Assembly: GCA_937893145.1 (NCBI GenBank)
Contig: CALBJW010000011.1
Span: forward strand, 682-64,681
Length of the DNA: 64,000 bases
Origin: an uncultured Prevotellaceae bacterium
GTDB taxonomy: Bacteria; Bacteroidota; Bacteroidia; Bacteroidales; Bacteroidaceae
Direction of reading: 5' to 3'
Shown here: positions 18,873 to 29,805 of the stretch, one piece after another
Layout: each line of letters starts with the position of its first letter
How positions within the stretch are numbered: the stretch's first letter is position 1
Notes under the pieces: model-generated
The model's database searches: none
Told to the model about the DNA's origin: nothing
Seen by the model: the letters and a program-made list of their open reading frames with translations, nothing else
Made by a program: the position numbers and the translations under genes

Positions 18873-18993
18873 AGTGAAGAGTGAAGAGTGAAGAGTGAAG
18901 AATTTGCTTCCGCAATAGTATTTTTGCAGGTGATTCCTATCTTTTTTCTCTTCCGGCAGGAAATTCTTCACTCTTCACTCTTCACTCTTCACT
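18873..18993. repeat. 33-bp perfect inverted repeat whose arms are (AGTGAAG)x4 heptamer arrays, 55-bp spacer, in the wzx/licD divergent promoter region
   Basis: Left arm 18873-18905 agtgaagagtgaagagtgaagagtgaagaattt. Right arm 18961-18993 is its exact reverse complement. Confidence 0.9.
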
Positions 18994-19001
18994 AAAATTT
19001 G

Positions 19002-19009
19002 TAATTTTG
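19002..19009 (+). promoter_or_regulatory. -7 box TAATTTTG for licD
   Basis: TAnnTTTG, 17 nt upstream of ATG 19026. Confidence 0.5.
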
Positions 19010-19025
19010 CACAAAAATACAAATT

Positions 19026-19826
19026 ATGGCATTTGACCCCAACGAATTAAGAGCAAAATATAATCCCGTCGGCTCTACTATATATAAAATGCAGATGCGA
19101 ATGCTCGAGATACTCGAGGAGATAGACAAGATCTGCAGTCGTCACGGCATACCTTACTGGTTGTCGGGTGGTAGTATGCTTGGTGCTGTTCGTCATCAAG
19201 GCTTTATCCCTTGGGATGACGACCTTGACATTGAGATGCTTCGTCCCGACTTTGAACGACTTATGAAGATTCTGCCCAACGAACTGCCAGAGCATCTTGC
19301 ATTGCAATGGCACACTACAGACAAGAACTACTTCTTCCAGTTTGCTAAGGTTCGTGACCGCAACAGCCAACTCTTTGAACGAAATGGATACGACAAGGTG
19401 TTCAAGGAACATGGCATTTGGGTTGACATCTTCCCTCTCGAAGCCACTCCTCGTTGGATTCACAACCTCTCAAATCTCACATTCGGACACACATACAAGA
19501 TGATGCGAACAGCACAAAATCCAGAGTCTGCGATGTGGAAGGTCAGAACTCTTGCTGCTATAAACCGTAACATCATCTTCCCCGTACTCAGAGGATTATC
19601 AAAGATTTTCCGTACTCCATACTACGACTTTGCTCTCGGCATTCCATACTTCCAGAAGAGTCTAAAGGAGGACTACTTGCCTGTTCGCAGAGTGAAATAC
19701 GAACACACCTCCGCCCTCATCATGAAGGAGGCAGAGAAATGTCTTGCATACAGATATGGAGACTATATGCAACTACCTAAGAATCCTGGTTCGGAATACC
19801 ACTCGGATGACATCAAGATTTGGTAA
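19026..19826 (+). CDS. LicD-family phosphotransferase (phosphocholine/alditol-phosphate transfer)
   Basis: YWLSGGSMLGAVRHQGFIPWDDDLDIEM is the LicD signature. Confidence 0.8.
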   Translation: MAFDPNELRAKYNPVGSTIYKMQMRMLEILEEIDKICSRHGIPYWLSGGSMLGAVRHQGFIPWDDDLDIEMLRPDFERLMKILPNELPEHLALQWHTTDKNYFFQFAKVRDRNSQLFERNGYDKVFKEHGIWVDIFPLEATPRWIHNLSNLTFGHTYKMMRTAQNPESAMWKVRTLAAINRNIIFPVLRGLSKIFRTPYYDFALGIPYFQKSLKEDYLPVRRVKYEHTSALIMKEAEKCLAYRYGDYMQLPKNPGSEYHSDDIKIW

Positions 19827-19831
19827 GATGC

Positions 19832-20905
19832 CTACTTATTTGTCTTGCCAAATCGTCCACTTAACCACGGAACTCGTTCTACATGCGGAACGAGCAGGAA
19901 GCAGATGACAAATATCATAAATATAAGTATGGTGTAGTCGTCCCAATGTCCACGAAGAGTGCGAACATTGGCTGAGCGAGTCATCTTGTAGAACATCATG
20001 ATTGGATAATGCGCCACGAAGAACACCATCGAGTGCTGTCCTATATATCCAATCACAGGAATGCGTGGGATATTGAGATTGAGCAATATACCCGACAATC
20101 CACACAGTGCAAGTGTAATGGCACATACCGTAATGAGAGGATCGCCTACCCAAATATTATCAACCATAGTATATGACCCTGCATACATATAGTTGAGGAT
20201 GCAGAATCCAATGGTCATAACCACTCCTACCGCCAAAGAAGCCTTTCGCCCAAGTCGTTCCATGATGAAGTGCCACAGGCGACCGAGATAGAATAGATAA
20301 ATGCCAATAAACACATTATCCAGTCCAAGCCACAGAGGGTTTTCCTTCGTCCACATCCAATAACTGATGAATGGAAAACCGAGAATGAACCAATGTATCT
20401 TGAAGTTCAGCACCGAACGATTCTTATTCCATCGCAACGACTCAGGAATAGGAATGCGAAGCAATGGAGGCACCTTTGCTATGAAGTGGCACACGATGTA
20501 CGAGATGAAGAACGAGAAGAGGAACCAACATGGTATGTTGCCATAGAACTGGCTCGACTCCCAGATATGCTTTATCTCGACCTGCTTGCATAGTGCATTG
20601 TTTGGATCAAGGATAAACCACACAAAGAAGAAATAGAGGATATTGCCAATGAATCCCCACACGAGGTATGGCACAATGAGTTGTTTGAACTTCTTTTTGC
20701 AGAACTCACGCGAATCACCGCTCACAGTCTTATTGAAATATCCTGCCTTGAAGAAGAAGAAGGACATGAAGAAATATGACCATTGCATGATGATGGTCCA
20801 CCACTCCTCCTTACCAAATCCACATGAATTGGTGATGTGAAGCATTATCATTCGGATAATGCAGATGCCACAAAGGAGGTCGAATGCATGATTGCGTTGT
20901 TTCAT
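19832..20905 (-). CDS. Acyltransferase family 3 membrane protein (paralog 1)
   Basis: Polytopic. MKQRNHAFDLLCGICIIRMIMLH... is a close paralog of the ORFs at 22843-23871 and 23881-24885. Confidence 0.7.
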   Translation of the reverse strand: MKQRNHAFDLLCGICIIRMIMLHITNSCGFGKEEWWTIIMQWSYFFMSFFFFKAGYFNKTVSGDSREFCKKKFKQLIVPYLVWGFIGNILYFFFVWFILDPNNALCKQVEIKHIWESSQFYGNIPCWFLFSFFISYIVCHFIAKVPPLLRIPIPESLRWNKNRSVLNFKIHWFILGFPFISYWMWTKENPLWLGLDNVFIGIYLFYLGRLWHFIMERLGRKASLAVGVVMTIGFCILNYMYAGSYTMVDNIWVGDPLITVCAITLALCGLSGILLNLNIPRIPVIGYIGQHSMVFFVAHYPIMMFYKMTRSANVRTLRGHWDDYTILIFMIFVICFLLVPHVERVPWLSGRFGKTNK

Positions 20906-21960
20906 TTTCTACCAAACAAATATTCTTTGAACAATGGACTTACCCTCAACACATTGCTAACAAGACAACAGAAGGCGATGACAATGAGTGCCACCGATAC
21001 TGCACATACCACATCCACCACAAAGTTCGGATGATACTTATCGAGCCAAGGTCCTACCATCGGTAGTTTTGGAAGCAGGATGAAGTGCAAAAGGTATATG
21101 TCGAGGGTACGAACACCTATATACTGCAAACCTCTTCCGAGGAGAGTGTCCTTTGTGAATGAATCCTGATAATGGCGGAAGAACATCACAACCATAAACA
21201 TCAGAGTGTACATAGCAAGAGTCTTTGGTGCGTTGGTCCACTCCATCTTCATAGTGTGCCACTTGAAGATATCTGCACAACAGAAGAAAGCAAGTGTAGC
21301 AACAAGTGGGAAGAACCACTTCGCATCAAAGAGTTTTTGCACCTTGTCCCAATGGCGATGCACAAGATTGCCCATCACGAAGAAATGCATGAACTTAAGT
21401 GTCTCGTAAAGCGATGAATACATCATGAAGTCTGTCTTGTACCACTTACCAAATTCTTTTGGCATATAAAGGCTCAAGTATGCAAAGAGGCTTACTGCCC
21501 ACAATATCCAAATAGGTATATTAGAGCTCTTCAACTTCTGCGCTATCCATGCCACAATATAATATATAAGGAACATCTGCAGCAGCACCCAAGTGAACCA
21601 ATAACCACCCTTCGTAGGCAGAGTCATACACTTCACGAAGCCATCCCAGAATGGCATCTTGGACTTCAGAACGAGGAACACACACAGGAATACGAGTGCA
21701 GGAAGTACCTGTACCTTTATTTTCTTCCAAGTAAGTGAACAGAACGAAGCTGCGTTCCACACCCACTTACTCTTGTATGCGAGAAAACCGCTCACGAAGA
21801 AGAACAATGGCATACGAAACAACACGAGGAAAGGAAGCGATGCCGATATCTTCTCGCTCTGCCCAAAACTCATCTGTGCCACATGGTACGACACGACAAG
21901 TATCATGGTGAATCCTCGCATGGCATCAAGCCATTGCATCCTTTGCTTACCTTCTGCCAT
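20902..21960 (-). CDS. Acyltransferase family 3 membrane protein (divergent paralog)
   Basis: RMQWLDAMRGFTMILVVSYHV is the classical acyl_transf_3 N-terminal motif; about 10 TM segments. Confidence 0.7.
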   Translation of the reverse strand: MAEGKQRMQWLDAMRGFTMILVVSYHVAQMSFGQSEKISASLPFLVLFRMPLFFFVSGFLAYKSKWVWNAASFCSLTWKKIKVQVLPALVFLCVFLVLKSKMPFWDGFVKCMTLPTKGGYWFTWVLLQMFLIYYIVAWIAQKLKSSNIPIWILWAVSLFAYLSLYMPKEFGKWYKTDFMMYSSLYETLKFMHFFVMGNLVHRHWDKVQKLFDAKWFFPLVATLAFFCCADIFKWHTMKMEWTNAPKTLAMYTLMFMVVMFFRHYQDSFTKDTLLGRGLQYIGVRTLDIYLLHFILLPKLPMVGPWLDKYHPNFVVDVVCAVSVALIVIAFCCLVSNVLRVSPLFKEYLFGRK

Positions 21961-22846
21961 CTTTTATCATTTTTACAAGTTTATCACTCTTACCGCTCAA
22001 TAATTTGCGTGTGAACATCTTGTCGCTCTTGATTAGTCTGTCATAATCCGTCTCGTCCATCACCTTGATAACTGGTTCATAGTCGATGAAATGCATTGGA
22101 GTGAGTGCATCAAGTCCAGGATAAGGACCATCATATTCGATACAACGAGACTTGAATTCGGAGTTGAATGCAACGGTCTGGATAAAGGTCTCAGCAGAAC
22201 CGAACGAGTCCATGAAATAGTCCCTCACCTTCTCGTTATCACAATATTCATCGATGAGTCGCTGTGCCAAATCCTCTGTGATACACCACCAAGCAGAACC
22301 TTTATACAAGGTCCATCCGTTTGGAAGAGTAAGACTCTTCTTCATTCCTAAGGCAGACTTCAGTTTGCGACAAAGAATGCCTATCCTTTCATTTGTCTTA
22401 TTGCTCAGCAAACGAAAACTGAAGAATGGGCGCGATGTGGTGTAGAGTTCTGTTTGCTTAGCAGGTGTATCAGGATGTGTCATGTTTACCCCCATAAGGA
22501 TTTCCTTATCGCCAATCGACTCTAAGTAACTCGTGATGCGTTCGTTGGACCAAAGAGGATAATCCATTCCGCTGAGGAAAAAGATACGATCGAAGTGCCT
22601 TTTGTAGTCAACAGCAGCTGCTATGAGTTGCATCTGATAGCACACTTCAATAATAGTACCCCATCGCACGTCACACCTTTCCTCTATGAAATGGATATTT
22701 TCACCTTGAATTATGGAAGTAAATTTAGTGATGTCCGACTTCTTGTCGATATGTATGAAGAAGTCCGCGTCCTCGTGCAAGGCTTCTATCAGACGCTTCA
22801 ACTGAGGAGCATCGGTATGTGCTGATATGAGATAGGCTATATTCAT
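21947..22846 (-). CDS. GT14-like (core-2/I-branching type) beta-glycosyltransferase
   Basis: MNIAYLISAHTDAPQLKRLIEAL...FFIHIDKKS...FFLSGMDYPL...GSAWWCIT matches the branching-enzyme family pattern. Confidence 0.65.
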   Translation of the reverse strand: MNIAYLISAHTDAPQLKRLIEALHEDADFFIHIDKKSDITKFTSIIQGENIHFIEERCDVRWGTIIEVCYQMQLIAAAVDYKRHFDRIFFLSGMDYPLWSNERITSYLESIGDKEILMGVNMTHPDTPAKQTELYTTSRPFFSFRLLSNKTNERIGILCRKLKSALGMKKSLTLPNGWTLYKGSAWWCITEDLAQRLIDEYCDNEKVRDYFMDSFGSAETFIQTVAFNSEFKSRCIEYDGPYPGLDALTPMHFIDYEPVIKVMDETDYDRLIKSDKMFTRKLLSGKSDKLVKMIKDGRR

Positions 22847-23871
22847 TTTTTCTCCGTTTTAAATCGTCCTGACAACCAAGGCACACTCTCCACATACGGA
22901 ACGAGCCAAGTGCAGAAGCAGAACACAAATACAATAAGTATTATGAAGTCATCCCAACGACCATAGATGCTACGACCGAAAGAGATGTGGGTAAAACGAT
23001 AGAACTGTAGCAATGGATAGTGCGCCACGAAATAGACCATCGAGTGCTGACCAATATAGTTGATGACAGGAATGCGAGGCAAGGGCAACTTGATAAGCAA
23101 TCCCGACAATCCTATCAAGATGATGAAGGTGTTCACGAATGCTGCCAACGCATCTCCCCTGAACTTATTCGTACTCATGTGATATTCACCATGCCACAGC
23201 ACATTGCTTACAGCAAAGATGACAATAAGAAGAGTACAAAGTGCCAAAGCTTGGTTTCGAGTCAACCTCTCAAGGCACCATCGCCATCCTCGTCCTATAT
23301 AGAAGAAGAAGGCTCCCATAAATACATTACTCAAACTCATAGGCAATGGATTGTCCTGAGTATAAAGCCAATAGCTAATGAACGGGAAAGTGAGAAGTAT
23401 AACGGTCTGGAACACAGACACAGGTTTCACAATATGTATCTTCTTCATGAAATGCACCAGCACATAAGCCGAGAAGAACGAGAAAAGGAACCATACAGGT
23501 TCGTTTCCCCAGAAACTACTTGTCATCCACAGGTGACTCCATTCCATCGGTTCGATAGGATGATGATAACGGTCTATCTCAAATGGCAGATAGAACGCAT
23601 ACACCAAGAATCCTATTGTACCCCACACAACATAAGGAATGAGAAGTCGCTTTGCCTTGTCCTTGATGTACTCCTTCGAATTGCCCGCAACAGTCTTGTT
23701 GAAGTACCCAGCCTTGAAGAAGAAGAAACACATGAAGAAGAACGACCACGCCATCACAGTCTTCCACCACTCATCACCCTTATGTCCACAGAAGGTGATG
23801 GTGTGAAGCGTTACCATGCGGATAATGCATATTCCACATAGGAAGTCGAATGTATGATTGCGTGATTTCAT
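22843..23871 (-). CDS. Acyltransferase family 3 membrane protein (paralog 2)
   Basis: MKSRNHTFDFLCGICIIRMVTLH...; the C-terminus VPWLSGRF is shared with paralogs 1 and 3. Confidence 0.7.
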   Translation of the reverse strand: MKSRNHTFDFLCGICIIRMVTLHTITFCGHKGDEWWKTVMAWSFFFMCFFFFKAGYFNKTVAGNSKEYIKDKAKRLLIPYVVWGTIGFLVYAFYLPFEIDRYHHPIEPMEWSHLWMTSSFWGNEPVWFLFSFFSAYVLVHFMKKIHIVKPVSVFQTVILLTFPFISYWLYTQDNPLPMSLSNVFMGAFFFYIGRGWRWCLERLTRNQALALCTLLIVIFAVSNVLWHGEYHMSTNKFRGDALAAFVNTFIILIGLSGLLIKLPLPRIPVINYIGQHSMVYFVAHYPLLQFYRFTHISFGRSIYGRWDDFIILIVFVFCFCTWLVPYVESVPWLSGRFKTEKK

Positions 23872-23880
23872 ATCGCAAAA

Positions 23881-24885
23881 TTACTTCTTTTTTTTGAATC
23901 TGCCACTCAACACCGGCACTTTTTCCACTATTGGCACCAGCCAAAAGCATATTACCATCACAAAAACAGCCAGAATGATAAATTCATCCCACCGTTTTAC
24001 GATGGAACGACTGAAACCAAAATGTATGAATTTATAGAAGAAGATGAGTGGATAATGCGCCACGAAGAACACCATCGAGTGCTCACCGATGTAATTGATT
24101 ACTGGCACTCGTTTCATTGGCAGGGCAAGCAGAAGTCCAGAAATGCCACAAAGGGCACAAGTGGTATTGATGCCAGCTCCCCAAGGGTTCTGCACGAATT
24201 TATTTAAACTCATGTCATACTCTCCATGCTTCATCTTATTACCCACAATGAAGATGAGGATAAGCATGATGGAAATACCAATGATTTGAGTTCTGCTGAC
24301 CTTATGCTGAAGTAGTTTCCAAAGGTGTCCGAGATAAAAATAGAAGACTCCCATAAACACATTGTTCATACTCAACCACAATGGGTTATGGTTCTTCCAA
24401 AGGAAATAACTGATGAACGGAAATGTGATGATGATAGGATGCAGATACTTGACTTTGTAGATGAAGTGTATAGCCACATAAGCCAAGAAGAACGACATGA
24501 GGAACCAACAAGGAGGGTCGCCATAGAAATGGCTTACGCTATAGATATGTGTCCATGTCAGTTTGGATATGTCTTTTGCAAACTGGTTCTTAAAGATGAA
24601 CATCAGTCCAAAGTACACCATACTACCTATTGCACCCCATGCGAAATAAGGTGTGAGTAGTCGCTTTGCCTTGTCCTTGATGTATTCCCACGAGTTTCCG
24701 CTCACTGTCTTATTGAAATATCCTGCTTTGAAAAAGAAGAAACTCATGAAGAAGAAAGTCCAAGCCATCAACTTGCCAAACCAGTACTCACCACGAAATC
24801 CACACATGCTGATGGTGTGAAGCAACAGCATGCGCAGGATGCACAGTCCGCACAAAAAATCAAATGCATGGTTTCTTTGTTTCAT
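23881..24885 (-). CDS. Acyltransferase family 3 membrane protein (paralog 3)
   Basis: MKQRNHAFDFLCGLCILRMLLLH...; the C-terminus is VPVLSGRFKKKK. Confidence 0.7.
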   Translation of the reverse strand: MKQRNHAFDFLCGLCILRMLLLHTISMCGFRGEYWFGKLMAWTFFFMSFFFFKAGYFNKTVSGNSWEYIKDKAKRLLTPYFAWGAIGSMVYFGLMFIFKNQFAKDISKLTWTHIYSVSHFYGDPPCWFLMSFFLAYVAIHFIYKVKYLHPIIITFPFISYFLWKNHNPLWLSMNNVFMGVFYFYLGHLWKLLQHKVSRTQIIGISIMLILIFIVGNKMKHGEYDMSLNKFVQNPWGAGINTTCALCGISGLLLALPMKRVPVINYIGEHSMVFFVAHYPLIFFYKFIHFGFSRSIVKRWDEFIILAVFVMVICFWLVPIVEKVPVLSGRFKKKK

Positions 24886-24970
24886 TTTGTTCTATTTAGA
24901 TGCAAAATTAGTCATTTTATTTGTTATAAGTTATAAATAAGCATTAAAATATAGTCATTGTTCACAAAAT

Positions 24971-24998
24971 CTTAATTCTTAATTCTTAATTCTTAATT
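24971..24998. repeat. (CTTAATT)x4 heptanucleotide tandem repeat just upstream of the dxs -7 box
   Basis: cttaattcttaattcttaattcttaatt. A TATCTTTG box follows at 25007-25014. Confidence 0.9.
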
Positions 24999-25032
24999 AA
25001 AATAACTATCTTTGCTCGTTATTTCATGAAAT

Positions 25033-26940
25033 ATGGGCGAAACAATCGAATATAAAATATTGCCGAACATCAATAGTCCTGCCGACCTACGCAAACTGAA
25101 AGTTGAGCAGTTGCCTACACTTTGCGATGAACTTAGACAGGACATCATACAAGAATTGTCGGTCAACCCTGGACACCTTGCTTCGAGTCTTGGTGTCGTG
25201 GAACTGACTGTTGCCTTGCATTATGTGTTCGATACTCCATACGACCGTATAGTTTGGGATGTTGGTCACCAAGCTTATGGTCACAAGATACTTACAGGTC
25301 GCCGCGACCGTTTCTGCACAAACCGACATCTTCATGGCATCAAACCCTTCCCTTTCCCTACAGAAAGTGAATACGACACCTTCTGTTGTGGTCATGCCAG
25401 CAACTCCATCTCTGCCGCTTTAGGTATGGCTGTGGCTGCTCGACTGAACAAGGAGAACCGACAAGTGGTTGCTGTGATAGGTGATGGCAGCATGAGTGGC
25501 GGTCTTGCTTTTGAAGGTATCAACAACACTGCCGGAACTCCAAACGACATGCTTGTCATACTCAACGACAACAATATGTCTATCGACCGCAGTGTGGGCG
25601 GTATGCGCAAGTACCTTCTCGAACTCAACACTAATCAGTCTTATAATAATATAAGGTATAAGGTCAGCGAGAAACTCACCAAGTGGGGATGGCTCGATGA
25701 CAAGAGCAAGAAGAAACTTATCCGCTTCAACAACAGCGTAAAGTCGCTACTCACTCGACAACGCAATATGTTTGAAGGAATGGACATCCGTTACTTCGGT
25801 CCTGCAGATGGACATGATGTGGTGGAACTGGTTCGCATCCTCAATCTGATAAAGGACATGAAGGGACCAAAACTGCTTCATGTTCACACTAAGAAAGGTA
25901 AGGGTTACAAGCCTGCAGAAGAGAACGCTACCGTTTGGCACGCTCCTGGTAAGTTCGACTTTGAGTCGGGCGAACGACTTGAACACAAACCCGACACGCC
26001 TCAACCTCCTCGCTTCCAGGATGTCTTCGGAAGCACACTCCTCGAACTCGCCCAACAGAACCCTCGCATCGTAGGTGTCACACCAGCGATGCCAACAGGT
26101 TGTTCGATGAACATCATGATGAAGGCTATGCCAGAACGCACATTCGATGTGGGTATCGCTGAAGGACATGCTGTCACATTCTCTGGAGGTATGGCAAAGG
26201 ATGGTCTCCTTCCTTTCTGCAACATATACTCATCATTTGCTCAACGAGCATACGACAATATCATTCACGACTGGGCAATCATGAACCTCGACATGGTTCT
26301 GTGCCTCGACCGTGCCGGCATAGTGGGCGAAGATGGTCCTACACATCATGGAGCGTTTGACCTCGCAGCTCTTCGCCCTATCCCAAACCTCACCATCTCT
26401 TCTCCTCTCGACGAGACAGAACTCCGCAAACTCATGTACACAGCCCAGATTCCGGGACACGGACCATTCGTAATCCGCTATCCTCGTGGTTGTGGTAGTG
26501 TGGTCGATTGGCGTTGCGAATTTGAAGAACTACCTGTGGGCAAGGGACGCAAACTGCGTGACGGTGAGGATATTGCCATCCTTTCACTCGGTCCTATCGG
26601 TGTGGAAGTGAGAAAGGCAATCATGATTGCTGAGATGAATGCCTCAAACGAAAACAAGAAAGCGCCTTCTGTGGCTCACTACGATATGCGATTCCTCAAA
26701 CCTATCGACACGGACATCCTCCATGAGGTAGGCAAGAAGTTCAAACGCATCATCACAGTCGAGGACGGTGTCATCACTGGCGGACTCGGTTCCGCAGTCC
26801 TTGAGTTCATGGCAGACAATGGTTATCACCCAGAAGTCATCCGCCTTGGCATCCCAGATATGTTCGTAGAGCACGGTAAGGTAAGTGAATTATACAAGAT
26901 AGTTGGATTGGATGCAGAAAGCATCGCAAGTAAGATATGA
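25033..26940 (+). CDS. dxs: 1-deoxy-D-xylulose-5-phosphate synthase
   Basis: [50 protein letters not shown] and [18 protein letters not shown] are present. Confidence 0.9.
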   Translation: MGETIEYKILPNINSPADLRKLKVEQLPTLCDELRQDIIQELSVNPGHLASSLGVVELTVALHYVFDTPYDRIVWDVGHQAYGHKILTGRRDRFCTNRHLHGIKPFPFPTESEYDTFCCGHASNSISAALGMAVAARLNKENRQVVAVIGDGSMSGGLAFEGINNTAGTPNDMLVILNDNNMSIDRSVGGMRKYLLELNTNQSYNNIRYKVSEKLTKWGWLDDKSKKKLIRFNNSVKSLLTRQRNMFEGMDIRYFGPADGHDVVELVRILNLIKDMKGPKLLHVHTKKGKGYKPAEENATVWHAPGKFDFESGERLEHKPDTPQPPRFQDVFGSTLLELAQQNPRIVGVTPAMPTGCSMNIMMKAMPERTFDVGIAEGHAVTFSGGMAKDGLLPFCNIYSSFAQRAYDNIIHDWAIMNLDMVLCLDRAGIVGEDGPTHHGAFDLAALRPIPNLTISSPLDETELRKLMYTAQIPGHGPFVIRYPRGCGSVVDWRCEFEELPVGKGRKLRDGEDIAILSLGPIGVEVRKAIMIAEMNASNENKKAPSVAHYDMRFLKPIDTDILHEVGKKFKRIITVEDGVITGGLGSAVLEFMADNGYHPEVIRLGIPDMFVEHGKVSELYKIVGLDAESIASKI

Positions 26941-28316
26941 AGATAATAATAGCAGGCGCTGGTGCCGTAGGAACGCATCTTGCACGACTCCTCTCTAAGG
27001 ACAACATGAATGTCGTGCTTATGGATAGTGATGTGGATAAGTTGCGTAAGGTAAATGCAGACCTCGACATCATGACCGTACCTAAGTCTCCTTCTTCCAT
27101 CGAGGAACTGAAGGACGTAGGTGTGGCAGGTACGGACCTGTTCATTGCTGTCACTCCTCAGGAAACGGAAAACATCACATGCTGTATGCTTGCCAAGCAA
27201 CTTGGTGCCAAGCGTACTGTGGCTCGTGTTGACAACTACGAATACATGCGTCCTGAGAATGTGGAAATCTTCAAGCACATGGGCATCGAATCGCTCATCT
27301 ACCCAGAACTGCTTGCAGCACAAGACATTGCCACATCATCGAAGTACAGTTGGGCTCGACAGATGTGGGAGTTCTCGGGCAGCGACCTCGTGCTTCTCAG
27401 CGTGATGATGCACGATGCTCATCCTATATATGACAAAGAAGTTTCAAACGAAAACAACAAACTTGTTGGACACACTCTGAAACAGATTGGTATGAACCAC
27501 GGCCACTCGTTCCATGTTGTTGCTATCAAGCGTAATGGAGAGACCGTCGTGCCTTATGGTGATGAACTTATTCTGCCTCGCGACCTCGTGTTCTTCATGG
27601 CAACAAAGGAGAACCTCGACCTCATCAAGCATCTTGCAGGCAAGGAAAACTACCCTGCCATCAAGCATCATGTCATTATTGGTGGTGGTAAACTTTCTAT
27701 CCGTGCCGACTGGGCTTTGCCAAGCAATCAGAATGTGAAAATCATAGAACCAGACGCTGAGCGTTGTCAGGTCATCGGAGGAATGGTAAAACCAAGCACT
27801 CTGATTATCAACGGTGAAGGTCATGATATGGAACTGCTCAACGATGAAGGTCTTGACCGCTTCGAGTCGTTCATCGCACTCACTCCTAATGATGAAGCAA
27901 ACATCCTGGCTTGTGTGGCTGCTCGTCGTAAGGGCATTCGCAAGACCATCGCTCAGGTGGAGAACCTCGAATATCTCGACATGGCAGAGGACCTCGATGT
28001 GGGTACTATCATCAACAAGAAGATGATTGCAGCGAGCCACATCTACCGAATGCTCCTCAAGAGCGATGTGGACAATGTGAAGATGCTCTCCATTGCTAAT
28101 GCCGATGTGGCTGAGTTCGTTGTCAAGGCAGGTTCGAAAGTTACAAAGAAACCTGTCATGGCACTCTCCCTTCCACACGGTGTCAACATTGGTGGTATGG
28201 TACGCGATGGCAAGTCTATGCTTGTTAACGGTCCTACTCAACTCCAAGCAGGCGACCGTGTCATGGTGTTCTGCATCGGTTCGACATTGAAGAAATTAGA
28301 TAAGTTCTTTAGATAA
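26937..28316 (+). CDS. trkA: Trk potassium uptake system NAD-binding subunit
   Basis: [19 protein letters not shown] is followed by a duplicated RCK/TrkA-N plus TrkA-C architecture. The gene is translationally coupled to dxs and sits upstream of trkH. Confidence 0.85.
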   Translation: MKIIIAGAGAVGTHLARLLSKDNMNVVLMDSDVDKLRKVNADLDIMTVPKSPSSIEELKDVGVAGTDLFIAVTPQETENITCCMLAKQLGAKRTVARVDNYEYMRPENVEIFKHMGIESLIYPELLAAQDIATSSKYSWARQMWEFSGSDLVLLSVMMHDAHPIYDKEVSNENNKLVGHTLKQIGMNHGHSFHVVAIKRNGETVVPYGDELILPRDLVFFMATKENLDLIKHLAGKENYPAIKHHVIIGGGKLSIRADWALPSNQNVKIIEPDAERCQVIGGMVKPSTLIINGEGHDMELLNDEGLDRFESFIALTPNDEANILACVAARRKGIRKTIAQVENLEYLDMAEDLDVGTIINKKMIAASHIYRMLLKSDVDNVKMLSIANADVAEFVVKAGSKVTKKPVMALSLPHGVNIGGMVRDGKSMLVNGPTQLQAGDRVMVFCIGSTLKKLDKFFR

Positions 28317-28320
28317 AAAC

Positions 28321-29805
28321 ATGATCAACTGGCGACTCATATTACGAATAATCAGCGTTCTGCTCTCCATCGAAGCAGGACTGATGTTCCTATGTCAGAT
28401 TGTCGCAGTTATATATGGCGAAGGATTACTTGCCTTCACGCTCCCAATCCTTGCATCCCTTTTGCTCAGCAGTATAGCAGCATTCTTCGGAAAGAACTCA
28501 GGCACTAACATGGGACGAAAAGATGGTTACATTGTCATCTCCATTGTATGGGTTCTGTTCTCCGTCATCGGTATGTTCCCTTTCCTTATCGATGGATGCA
28601 TACCAGATGTGGCAAGTGCCTTCTTCGAGACGATGTCGGGATTCACATCAACCGGAGCTACTATCCTTGATGACGTGGATAGCCTACCACATTGCTTGCT
28701 CTTCTGGCGTTCGGTAACTCAGTGGGTGGGAGGTATCGGTATCGTGTTCTTCACCATCGCCATTCTGCCTGCCTTTGGTGTGGGCGATGTAAAACTCTTT
28801 GCAGCAGAGAGTACTGGACCTCTTCACGACAAGGTTCACCCTCGTATCTCTGTGGCTGTCAAGTGGATTGGTTCTGTATATGTTTCAATCACAGTATTGT
28901 GTACCATATCTTTGAAACTATGTGGAATGGGGTATTTTGATGCCATCAATTATGGCATGTGTTGTACCGCAACGGGTGGTTATGGTACACACTCTGCACT
29001 CCTTCACGAACAGTTCAACTCGGCAGCAATAGAATATGTTCTCATATTCTTCATGTTTGTGTCGGGTATCAACTACACCTTAATATATTATACCATTCTG
29101 AAGGGTAAGATACGCCAGTTCTTCCATGATGCGGAAGCAAGAGCATACCTATTCATCGTGCTTGCTGCCACTATCATCTGTACCATTTCGCTTGAAATGA
29201 CTGATGGCGACACCAACCTCGAACTCTCTATCCGTGAAAGTCTCTTTACGGTTATCTCTCTCCAGACAACAACGGGTTTTGCATCATGCGACTACACCCT
29301 TTGGCCTGTTCAGCTCATGCCTGTACTCCTCTTCGTGATGTTCGCAGGAGCATGTTCGGGTAGTACAACAGGTGGTTTCAAGTGTGTGCGACTGAGCATC
29401 ATCTATCGTGTCATTCGCAATGAGTTCACACGAATACTCCACCCTCGAGCAGTCATTCCAGTTCGTCTCAATGGAAATGTCGTGTCACCATCAGTTGTGC
29501 AAACACTCATGGGCTTCGTTACCCTCTTTGTGGTGTCTCTTTTCTTTGGTGCATTCGTACTTGCACTCTTTGGTGTCGATCCTAACGATGTGCATCCTAA
29601 CTTCAACTACTACGAGGCATTCGGTCTTGCCATGTCATCCCTCAGCAATGTAGGTCCTGGTATGGAATACTATGGCCCTGCCCACTCATGGATGATTCTT
29701 TCAGCACCAGCCAAGTATGTATGTTCCTTCCTCATGCTCATCGGCCGTCTTGAAATTTTCCCAATCGTACTTCTGTTCTCTTCTGCATTCTGGAAGAAAA
29801 ACTAA
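28321..29805 (+). CDS. trkH: Trk/Ktr-type potassium transporter membrane subunit
   Basis: A 494-aa polytopic protein. SGFTSTGAT, TTTGFAS and NVGPG selectivity-filter-like repeats are present. Confidence 0.85.
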   Translation: MINWRLILRIISVLLSIEAGLMFLCQIVAVIYGEGLLAFTLPILASLLLSSIAAFFGKNSGTNMGRKDGYIVISIVWVLFSVIGMFPFLIDGCIPDVASAFFETMSGFTSTGATILDDVDSLPHCLLFWRSVTQWVGGIGIVFFTIAILPAFGVGDVKLFAAESTGPLHDKVHPRISVAVKWIGSVYVSITVLCTISLKLCGMGYFDAINYGMCCTATGGYGTHSALLHEQFNSAAIEYVLIFFMFVSGINYTLIYYTILKGKIRQFFHDAEARAYLFIVLAATIICTISLEMTDGDTNLELSIRESLFTVISLQTTTGFASCDYTLWPVQLMPVLLFVMFAGACSGSTTGGFKCVRLSIIYRVIRNEFTRILHPRAVIPVRLNGNVVSPSVVQTLMGFVTLFVVSLFFGAFVLALFGVDPNDVHPNFNYYEAFGLAMSSLSNVGPGMEYYGPAHSWMILSAPAKYVCSFLMLIGRLEIFPIVLLFSSAFWKKN

